This document shows positions 7,836 through 14,925 of a stretch of 14,925 nucleotides of DNA, in pieces. How positions within the stretch are numbered: position 1 is the stretch's first letter; every line of letters starts with the position of its first letter. Under the pieces are notes generated by a model. That model worked only from the letters and a program-made list of their open reading frames with translations, was not told where the DNA came from and ran no database searches. The DNA comes from Silvanigrellaceae bacterium (GTDB lineage: Bacteria > Bdellovibrionota_B > Oligoflexia > Silvanigrellales > Silvanigrellaceae): the NCBI GenBank assembly GCA_049423385.1, contig JBMSQQ010000084.1, positions 1-14,925 of the forward strand, given 5' to 3'. Both the position numbers and the translations under genes were made by a program.

Positions 7836-8444
7836 GTGAGAATTACAAGGGTTTATACAAAAACGGGTGACAACGGCACGACCAGTCTTGCCGATGGCTC
7901 GCGTGTTTCCAAGTCTGATTTGCGCCTCGAAACCTACGGAACCGTTGACGAGTTGAACGCGATTATTGGACTTTGCAGGACGTCATTGCCCGCCACTGTG
8001 CAGCTGCAGGCCAACGCCCGTGAGCAATTCGATGAGTGGCTCGAACGAGTGCAAAACGATCTGTTCAACCTGGGAGGTGACCTGGCGACCCCCATTGCAT
8101 CGCGTTGGGAAAACATGATTGTAGTTGGTGAAGCTGAAATCACCCGTCTTGAGCAGATGATTGACAAGATGCAGACCTCTTTGCAGCCACTGCGCGAATT
8201 TGTTCTTCCCGGCGGAACAAGATTGAATGCCGAATTGCATTTGGCGCGGACGGTGTGTCGCAGAGCCGAGCGCTTTGCGGTCCAACTGCAGGAACATGCA
8301 GAAATCAATCCGCAGGCAGTCGCGTTTCTCAACCGCTTGTCCGATTTTTTGTTCGTGGCGTCGCGCTGGGTATTGCTTGGAAATAATATTTCGGAAGTGA
8401 CCTGGAAGAAGGAAGGTGGACTTCGGGAACTCAAGCTTTCTTGA
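7836..8444 (+). CDS. PduO-type ATP:cob(I)alamin adenosyltransferase
   Basis: VYTKTGDxGTTSL, YGTVDELN, QNDLFNLGGDLA, FVLPGG, ARTVCRRAER and LNRLSD. GTG at 7836 follows an AAGGA SD (7825-7829). Confidence 0.93.
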   Translation: MRITRVYTKTGDNGTTSLADGSRVSKSDLRLETYGTVDELNAIIGLCRTSLPATVQLQANAREQFDEWLERVQNDLFNLGGDLATPIASRWENMIVVGEAEITRLEQMIDKMQTSLQPLREFVLPGGTRLNAELHLARTVCRRAERFAVQLQEHAEINPQAVAFLNRLSDFLFVASRWVLLGNNISEVTWKKEGGLRELKLS

Positions 8445-9075
8445 TTTCGCCTGACCATTGCACGGAATAACGCACCGGCCCAAAAAGAAGAACGCCCTTG
8501 TCGCCTGCATGAACCGGGCCGACACCCGCCGGTGTTCCGGTGAACAGGATGTCTCCCGCACACACCGGAAAAAATTGTGAAGCGTAAGCCAAACATTCCG
8601 CGGGTGAGTGACTCATCTGTCGTGCTGTGGCCTTTTGAACAACGTTATCATTGATGGCGAGCGTGAATGGTTCGTCGAGATGACCGGGCAGGTCAACCAG
8701 CCTGAGCCAGGGGCCAATCACAGCGGCGTCGATGAACACCTTCCCTGTCGTCCATGGAGTTCCCTTCTTTTTTGCCTCGCCCTGGAGATCCCGCAAGGTC
8801 ATGTCGAGGCCGACTGTGACGGCACCCAACGCCCGCTGAGCTTCTTCAACGCTCATTTTGTATCCATCGCGATCAATGCGAAAAACAAGTTCGAGCTCGT
8901 GATGAATCTGCGCAGAATGGGTGGGGAGCGTCAGTTGCAGGCGTTCGTCAACCGCATGGGCCGATTGCATAACGCTGGGTGGCTTCAAGAAAAGAACAGG
9001 CTTTTCAGGATGGGTGTCGCCCAATTCGGCAGCATGATCAGGGTAATTCTTTCCAACGCAAATGATTTTATCCAT
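8431..9075 (-). CDS. Fumarylacetoacetate hydrolase family protein (FAHD1/YcgM-like)
   Basis: KIICVGKNYxDHAxE, PVLFLKP, HHELEL, GLDMTLRDLQ, PWTTGK and GDILFTGTPAGVG. Likely start is ATG 9075 after GGGG. Overlaps the convergent adenosyltransferase 3' end by 14 bp. Confidence 0.93.
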   Translation of the reverse strand: MDKIICVGKNYPDHAAELGDTHPEKPVLFLKPPSVMQSAHAVDERLQLTLPTHSAQIHHELELVFRIDRDGYKMSVEEAQRALGAVTVGLDMTLRDLQGEAKKKGTPWTTGKVFIDAAVIGPWLRLVDLPGHLDEPFTLAINDNVVQKATARQMSHSPAECLAYASQFFPVCAGDILFTGTPAGVGPVHAGDKGVLLFGPVRYSVQWSGEIKKA

Positions 9076-9245
9076 GTTTTCCCCCGGCTGGGGCCTCAGT
9101 CGCGACTCCAGGACTCGATAATGTAGGCGCGGGGTGTATTGTTGTCCAGTCATAAACTCTGACGTCCCAAGCTCTTGGCGTTGAAACTTTGCCCCAGAAA
9201 TGCGAGCAAAGATGTCACCGGAATTACAATCATCAGGATGTGTTC

Positions 9246-11450
9246 ATGAATCGCAACAATCGCGGATCAACCTATCGTCCCAAGCCCCCACGCGGGCCGA
9301 TCAAGCTGACGTTTGGGGTGATTCCCACACCCGGGCAACCGGATTCCAACACATCCGTTCCTCTGCCCAGAAGAGTCGAAGAACCGGTCTTTGCCCGGCA
9401 GGACATTGTTGGAACTCTCAAGCTCAAGGGTGTTCCCTACGAAACCACGGATCCGCTCCCTGCAGAGTTCGTTGATCGGATTCAAGCCAACCTGAAGAAG
9501 ATTTATCTTTCCGGATTGACCACCTCCGGGCGAGCACTGATAGATTTCGCTGATGGAGAATTGAAGGTTTCGTTTCCATACGAACAAACAGCCGTCGAGC
9601 GGATGAAGGGGCTCGATCGGAATGAGCGCGCCTGGGATCCCGATCAGAAATTGTGGCGGGTCTTCCTTGGAACGTTTGATGATGTTTTCGATATTCTTGG
9701 TCGTGGTTTCAAACTCAGTGAATCCGCGTACAACGCAATCAATGAGTTCATCCTCACGCCCTACTATTCACACATCGGCCGCGGCAAGCTTGGCAAGATT
9801 GTGGTGCGCGAAAGTTGGTTTGAGGATCTGTCCCACCTGACACCCAATAAAGTGAAATTTGGCAGTTCGTTTTTTCATCTTGAAAAGCTTCCAATGGATG
9901 GTTTTGAAGGCCAGGTTCAGGATGAGGTTGTGATGTGGCGTCGGGCCATGGAAAAATTCGAATACGGTCGCAAGCCTTATCAACACCAGAGATCCGGAAT
10001 CGAATTTCTGCTGGTCAACAAGCACGCTGCGCTGCTCGACGAAATGGGTTGCGGAAAAACTTTTCAAATTGCGTCAGCCATTGGAATCCTGTTTGACCAG
10101 GACCAGATTGATCGTGTCTTGATCGTTGTTCCCATGTCGCTGTTGAAGACATGGCAGGAAGAACTCAGGATTTCCCTTAAAATTCCACATACGGTCGTGG
10201 GAGGAACACCTGCGCAACGTGCAAAGGCGTTCAAGAGCAAGAATCCCGTGTTTCTCGTGCACTATGAGGGCCTTCGTCTCGAAGAAGAGAAATTTCGTGA
10301 ATGGATGGAGTCCCATCGATGTGCATTGGTGTTCGATGAAAGCCAGAGAATTAAAAACCTTCAGGCCCAGACAACCATGGCTGCTGTCAGATTGCGTCCT
10401 CTGACAAGTCGGTGCGTGATTGCCACCGGTACACCGATTGCCAACCGACCCATCGATTTGTTTTCCCAGTATCTCGTCATGGATCAGGGCGACACATTTG
10501 GAAACCGGTTCTCTGCTTTCAAAAACACTTTCTGTGAAATGGAAGTTCAGAAAATCAATGTCGGTCGCAAAACAATCCGGGTTGAGAAATTCATTGGAAC
10601 GCGCAATCCAGATGAGCTCCAGGCCCGCATTTTGCGTACCAGTTTGCGCCGCCTGAAATCCGAAGTTCTCGATCTGCCACCGATGCTTTTTAAAGACTTT
10701 GTCGTTGAATTGAAGTCGGAACAGAAGCAAATGTACACCCAGATGCGCGATCACCTTCGGGTCGAAATTGGTGGAATGTCCGACAAGGAGCTCACAGCCG
10801 AGGCGGCCAACATCGTGGTCAAGCTGTTGCGATTGTCGCAGATAGCCTCGCATCCAGGTCTGCTTGATCCCGAGTATAAAGGTTCGAGCGCCAAGGAAAG
10901 CGAATTGGACGATTTGCTTGAGGACATTTTTTCCGACGACACCAAGAAGGTCATCATTTGGTCTCACTACGTCGACAATGTTCGGCGGCTTGTTGAAAAA
11001 TATGCTGAAAAATTTGGTGCCGTTGGGCATGCTGGGGAAATGTCCATCAATGATCGTCAGGCGAGCGTCAAGGCTTTTCAGGATGACATTCGTTGTCGTC
11101 TTTTTATTGCAACTCCGCAGTCTGCCAAGGAAGGACTGACCTTGTTGCCACGTGATGGCAAGATGGTCGCCGATACAATGATATATCTCGACTTGAGCTT
11201 TGACAGTGGCTCGTACGTTCAATCCCAGGCACGGTTTCACCGTATTGGCCAACAGGCAGTGCGTTGCCTGGTGGTGCACTTGATCGCCGAGGGCACTGTG
11301 GATGAGTACATTCGCTCAACAGTTCTCGACAAGCTCAAAAGCGCTGCCCAGATTCTTGATGAAGGTTTGGGAGCTGGAACTGTCGCGCAAAACATCGTGC
11401 AAGGCGGTGTTCAATTGAGCAAGAAGGAACTGCTCGAAATATTGAAGTGA
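9246..11450 (+). CDS. SNF2-family (SF2) ATPase/translocase with HARP-like N-terminal segment
   Basis: YQHQ Q-motif, DEMGCGKT (I), VVPMSL (Ia), FDESQRIKN (II), ATGTP (III), RRLKSEVLDLPP, KVIIWS (IV), EGLTL (V) and QARFHRIGQ (VI). Likely start is ATG 9246 after AGGA. Confidence 0.92.
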   Translation: MNRNNRGSTYRPKPPRGPIKLTFGVIPTPGQPDSNTSVPLPRRVEEPVFARQDIVGTLKLKGVPYETTDPLPAEFVDRIQANLKKIYLSGLTTSGRALIDFADGELKVSFPYEQTAVERMKGLDRNERAWDPDQKLWRVFLGTFDDVFDILGRGFKLSESAYNAINEFILTPYYSHIGRGKLGKIVVRESWFEDLSHLTPNKVKFGSSFFHLEKLPMDGFEGQVQDEVVMWRRAMEKFEYGRKPYQHQRSGIEFLLVNKHAALLDEMGCGKTFQIASAIGILFDQDQIDRVLIVVPMSLLKTWQEELRISLKIPHTVVGGTPAQRAKAFKSKNPVFLVHYEGLRLEEEKFREWMESHRCALVFDESQRIKNLQAQTTMAAVRLRPLTSRCVIATGTPIANRPIDLFSQYLVMDQGDTFGNRFSAFKNTFCEMEVQKINVGRKTIRVEKFIGTRNPDELQARILRTSLRRLKSEVLDLPPMLFKDFVVELKSEQKQMYTQMRDHLRVEIGGMSDKELTAEAANIVVKLLRLSQIASHPGLLDPEYKGSSAKESELDDLLEDIFSDDTKKVIIWSHYVDNVRRLVEKYAEKFGAVGHAGEMSINDRQASVKAFQDDIRCRLFIATPQSAKEGLTLLPRDGKMVADTMIYLDLSFDSGSYVQSQARFHRIGQQAVRCLVVHLIAEGTVDEYIRSTVLDKLKSAAQILDEGLGAGTVAQNIVQGGVQLSKKELLEILK

Positions 11451-11460
11451 TTCCATCGCT

Positions 11461-12408
11461 TCAAAAACAGCTGCCCGAAGTGCAGTTGATGAAGAGTTCG
11501 CAACCCGCAATTTTTCCATCACCAGCAGCAGCCGTCGAACCACCGGTCGCTGCGATGGTGTCGTTGAGGCAGGATGGCAACGTGTAGGTTCCGATTTTCT
11601 GGGTCGCTGGAATGGCGCAGCCTTTGTCGGCGTTTGCAGTCAACTTGGAAACCTGCTGACTGACCGTGTTGAGCGAATCCTTGCCCTGGGAACTTGGAAA
11701 GCACTCTCCAACGATTGAAATCGCAGATGCGAAATCTGTCGTGACCGTGCCCAGGTCTTCGATGGCCTTGGAAAGTTCTGTTGCCACGGTGTTGATTGTT
11801 TCGGTCGATGCCGAACAACCGGTTCCTCCGGAACTGGTGCCCAACTTGCCGGGCAAACCACTGAGTGTGGATTGGACTGCCGTGATTTGGGTCTGCAGGT
11901 TCTTGATTTGAGGAATTGCGTAAATTGCTGCTGTCAGACAGCGCTGAAACAACAACTTCGACGAGGTTTTTTCCGGAGCCGAGTCAAGAATGTCAATGGC
12001 TGATTTGAGAGATTCCAACTGGGCAGATGTGAACGAGGGCAGCGCGCTGCCGAGTGAGTTGAACACGGAGTTTCCCGTGCTTGATGTTGCTGTCGAGCTG
12101 CTGCCGGTGGATGTTGTCTTTTGAATGGTGCTGACAATCAAATCAAACAATCCGACACCGGCCTGACTTGAAAGCGCGATGGCGTAGAGACTCGCATTTT
12201 CGTTCGATTGTTGTTTGTCCCAGAGTTTTTTTGCGGTCTCTGCTGCAAGGTCGTAGTTGCCATCATTGAGTTGAACCAGTGTTTCTTCCCGCAGGGCGTC
12301 CGTGGTTTCCTTTGCGGCAATTGGTCGATAAAGACTTGTACCGCAGGCTACGATTGCGAACGCAGAAAACAACGTCGACATGCAAGCGAACAATGTAGTC
12401 GTTTTCAT
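11461..12408 (-). CDS. Hypothetical lipoprotein with a TPR-like N-terminal hairpin and Cys-rich C-terminal half
   Basis: MK + hydrophobic core + lipobox IVA|C22. TPR-like LNDGNYDLAAETAKKL segment, Ser/Thr-rich linkers, and eight further Cys. ATGA overlap with the upstream gene. Confidence 0.8.
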   Translation of the reverse strand: MKTTTLFACMSTLFSAFAIVACGTSLYRPIAAKETTDALREETLVQLNDGNYDLAAETAKKLWDKQQSNENASLYAIALSSQAGVGLFDLIVSTIQKTTSTGSSSTATSSTGNSVFNSLGSALPSFTSAQLESLKSAIDILDSAPEKTSSKLLFQRCLTAAIYAIPQIKNLQTQITAVQSTLSGLPGKLGTSSGGTGCSASTETINTVATELSKAIEDLGTVTTDFASAISIVGECFPSSQGKDSLNTVSQQVSKLTANADKGCAIPATQKIGTYTLPSCLNDTIAATGGSTAAAGDGKIAGCELFINCTSGSCF

Positions 12409-13364
12409 GATGAGCTGACCTTTTTGGTCGTCGAGGCACCGGTGAACAGATTGTAGTTTCGAGTGGCATTTGGATACAGTTTGACAAAATTTGGGATGTT
12501 GTGCTGCAGTCCCATGAAATACATCATGCGAGCCAATGCTTCTGCCGCAAGGTCACGGTAGGTCTCATCATGCTGCATCGAGTCCAGCATGCGTGCCGCT
12601 TCATCGATTTGTTCAAGCTCAATGTGAAGCGTCACTTGATCCCAGAATTTGAATGAAAGTTCTGGGTGAAGGCTTTGAATGCGCTGATAGCATTTCAGGG
12701 TGTTGAAATAGAGCGCGTTTTTTTTGAGGAATTCGGCGTATTCAGACAACACGCGCAGATCACGTGGCCGATCCCGGAGGAGCAGCCGAAAACGTTCGTT
12801 TGCCTTGGTCATGTTGCCCATGGCCATTTCAACCCTGAGTAATGCGATCTCGGCGTGTCTGCGGAATTGTGGAATGTCGCGAAGACGTGCGAGCTGCTGT
12901 TCGATGGTTCCCATATGACCTTGCAACATCGCCTTTGAGACCTGGTGTGCAAGCCGGATGGCTGGATCATTGGGTTGCGGCATCACGGCGCGGACGATTT
13001 TTTCGGCGTTCGATGTTTGCAGAGGCTTTTTGATCAATCCAACCGCACCAAGACTTTGATAAAACGAGTCGAACAACTGATTGTCCGATGGCGCGGTGAA
13101 GACGATGGGCAAAAGCTGGTGGCCAAACACTTTGTAAATACCTTCGAAGTGCTGCATGCCATCATTCACACCATCGGTGTGATCGATAAAGATGATAGGC
13201 CAGTGGCTGGTGTGAATGAGATTTGAGATTTCAAGAGGATTTGTGGTGCAGACGGTCTGACGAAATCCGAGTTTGAAAAGGAATTCCCGCAGGATCTGGA
13301 CAAAACCAGTGGCGCGCTCCTCAGCGAATATAACGGCTCGAGGTTGCAATGACACCTTTGTCAA
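12405..13364 (-). CDS. Receiver (REC)-like domain fused to TPR repeats
   Basis: VIFAEE (acidic pair), IIFID61, PIVFT90 and GAVGLIKK113P at receiver-like spacing, followed by helical TPR-like repeats (MGNMTKANERF, LEQIDEAARML). Start is TTG 13364 or GTG 13355, downstream of GGAG. Confidence 0.72.
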   Translation of the reverse strand: MTKVSLQPRAVIFAEERATGFVQILREFLFKLGFRQTVCTTNPLEISNLIHTSHWPIIFIDHTDGVNDGMQHFEGIYKVFGHQLLPIVFTAPSDNQLFDSFYQSLGAVGLIKKPLQTSNAEKIVRAVMPQPNDPAIRLAHQVSKAMLQGHMGTIEQQLARLRDIPQFRRHAEIALLRVEMAMGNMTKANERFRLLLRDRPRDLRVLSEYAEFLKKNALYFNTLKCYQRIQSLHPELSFKFWDQVTLHIELEQIDEAARMLDSMQHDETYRDLAAEALARMMYFMGLQHNIPNFVKLYPNATRNYNLFTGASTTKKVSSS

Positions 13365-13520
13365 TTCTCCGAGGGGTGGACGATAAATTCCTAAAACAAG
13401 CTTATTTCGATGCCATCATGTCCGGAGAGGTAAAAATGTGACGGCTGTCCAATTCAATGTCGGCTTTCAGCACTCCATATCTTCGTTTTCCCAACCGATA
13501 TCCACTTCAGGGAGGCAGCA

Positions 13521-14813
13521 ATGGGCGCGCGGGTGGCACTGAAATGGATTTGGGCATTGAGGACAGGTTGCATCGTGGCCTCGGTCTGCGTTTTGTCGTC
13601 CTCGTTTGCTCAGGAGCTTTTTCCTTATGTGAGGGACTTTCGCAGCGTTCGGTCGCTGGGATTGGGGATTCCCGCGGTAGGTATGAGCGGTGTTTCCTGG
13701 GGTGAGTCCGCCGAAGTCAACCCGGCATGGGTCGGCCAGGAGGGGAAGGACAAAAAAAGCGACTGGTTGCGTGGGGTTTGGTTTCCGGGCGCAACCCTGG
13801 GTGCGAATGGAACAACCCGTTCGTTGGCCAAAGCCTATTTTTCTGGTCAAGGCTCAACCCAAGAGAAACTCGAGAATTTTTTAATTGCGTCGCAGAATGA
13901 ACAAACCCCATTTGGATATTTTTCTCTCAACCCTGGCGTGGGTTTTGGTCCCGTTCTTTGGCAGGCATTCGCCCGGGTGCGGGTTGAAGGATATGTTTTT
14001 CAGCCTGCCGATGCGCTTTCAGGTGCAATCAGTACCGAGTCGGGAGTCTTGGGTGCTGATGGATCAGTGGATCCACTTTCGGGTCGCATTCCTTTGTCCC
14101 TGACAAGCCCGCCTTCTCCGCAGATGGACGTGCGCGCGACCGTTGAGCGTGGAACCAGTCTGTCTTTGTCGGTGCCATATAAAAACACAGGTGTTTACTT
14201 GGGTGTCACTGTTCGTCCCACCTGGAGAAGCGATTATTGGGGCAGCGTTGAACTGGCCGAGCCCCTCGCAAGCTCGGCGGCAAGTTCCTTGAAGGCCAAA
14301 TTCAATGAGACGAAGGGTTATCCCGTGGACATTGGTCTGGCCGTGCGCATTCCTCAGCTGCGCACCAAACCAACGTTCGGATTAAAAATCGAGGATGTCA
14401 CCGACACCCGATTCACCGGCGTGAGCGACTCTCACCAAACCATGATTCAAAAGTCGAATATTTTGGCTGGCTTTTCAGGATGGCTGATGCAAACCCCGGG
14501 ATTCAGTACCCAGTGCGGACTCGCAGGACATCATCTGAACGACAATCGATTGGAACTCTCCGGCAAGTGGGGTGGTGGTTGTGAGTTTCATTTGGTCGGA
14601 CAGGTTCAAGGTGATGTGGTCAGCAATGCGCTGGCTATTGGCAGGTTGGGTCGCAGCAAGGACGGTTGGGCCTATGGATTGAGTCTTGATTTGCCGTTTT
14701 TCGTTCTGGAGTTGGCGAGCAGCCCTGCCCGAATCGACGGGCCCATTGGTTATGGTGAACGGAGCGACCGCCGTTACTATCTTCGCCTCAGCGTGAACGC
14801 CGTTCAACCCTGA
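13521..14813 (+). CDS. Predicted outer-membrane beta-barrel protein (TraF-like/PorV/FadL-like plug motif)
   Basis: GGAGG SD and a 30-aa signal peptide ending SFA|QE. N-terminal RSLGLG...NPA resembles the R-x-LGMG...NPA plug motif. Many amphipathic beta-strands (GVYLGVTVR, VDIGLAVR, TFGLKIED, YGLSLDL, YYLRLSVN). Confidence 0.7.
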   Translation: MGARVALKWIWALRTGCIVASVCVLSSSFAQELFPYVRDFRSVRSLGLGIPAVGMSGVSWGESAEVNPAWVGQEGKDKKSDWLRGVWFPGATLGANGTTRSLAKAYFSGQGSTQEKLENFLIASQNEQTPFGYFSLNPGVGFGPVLWQAFARVRVEGYVFQPADALSGAISTESGVLGADGSVDPLSGRIPLSLTSPPSPQMDVRATVERGTSLSLSVPYKNTGVYLGVTVRPTWRSDYWGSVELAEPLASSAASSLKAKFNETKGYPVDIGLAVRIPQLRTKPTFGLKIEDVTDTRFTGVSDSHQTMIQKSNILAGFSGWLMQTPGFSTQCGLAGHHLNDNRLELSGKWGGGCEFHLVGQVQGDVVSNALAIGRLGRSKDGWAYGLSLDLPFFVLELASSPARIDGPIGYGERSDRRYYLRLSVNAVQP

Positions 14814-14847
14814 ATTGCGCGGCACAGCGGCTTCGCATATAGGAAAC

Positions 14848-14863
14848 AGACTCGGGCGAGTCT
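14848..14863. other. Short hairpin in the tRNA leader
   Basis: AGACTC-GGGC-GAGTCT inverted repeat 7 nt before the tRNA. There is no U-tract, so it is not a clear terminator. Confidence 0.35.
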
Positions 14864-14870
14864 CGAGAAT

Positions 14871-14925
14871 GCGGACGTGGCGAAATTGGTAGACGCACTG
14901 GTCTTAGAAGCCAGCGCCGAGAGGC
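14871..14925 (+). tRNA. tRNA-Leu, anticodon TAG; 3' end truncated by the window
   Basis: Acceptor 5' strand GCGGACG, D-arm TGGCGAAATTGGTAGACGC, anticodon stem CTGGT/GCCAG with loop CT-TAG-AA (anticodon 14905-14907), and a long class II variable arm GCC-GAGA-GGC. Confidence 0.95.

Noticed and set aside
10074..11279. 401-aa antisense ORF inside the SNF2 gene
   Set aside because: No recognisable motifs; a shadow frame produced by sense-strand codon bias.
14815..14843. TTGCGC-N17-TATAGG as the tRNA promoter
   Set aside because: Position and spacing fit, but both hexamers are weak matches, so it is not supportable as a feature.
9246..14925. Possible tRNA-anchored island or defence locus (SNF2 + hypotheticals next to a tRNA)
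   Set aside because: No integrase, att duplication, methylase, nuclease or visible composition shift. The genes lie 5' of the tRNA, whereas islands usually insert at the 3' end, which is outside the window.

Overview
Chromosomal core region of a Gram-negative (LPS-containing) bacterium with roughly balanced GC. The gene set and protein style suggest Bdellovibrionota/Oligoflexia or a deltaproteobacterial relative, but that is inference only. From left to right: (1) a leftward citrate synthase gene coupled to a Kdo transferase gene, waaA, which runs off the window edge and is missing from the supplied ORF track; (2) a 91-bp divergent spacer with dyad symmetry; (3) a rightward accA-cmk-tolQ-tolR-tolA-tolB-(PduO-type adenosyltransferase) cluster with no pal after tolB; (4) a leftward fumarylacetoacetate-hydrolase-family gene; (5) a SNF2 ATPase with a HARP-like N-terminal segment; (6) a leftward pair encoding a receiver/TPR protein and a Cys-rich lipoprotein, divergent from a predicted outer-membrane beta-barrel gene; (7) the 5' part of tRNA-Leu(TAG). 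I saw no mobile element, CRISPR array or repeat array. The best candidate for an undescribed system is the receiver-TPR + lipoprotein + beta-barrel trio. The HARP-like SNF2 and the gltA/accA envelope-precursor cluster are also worth following up.
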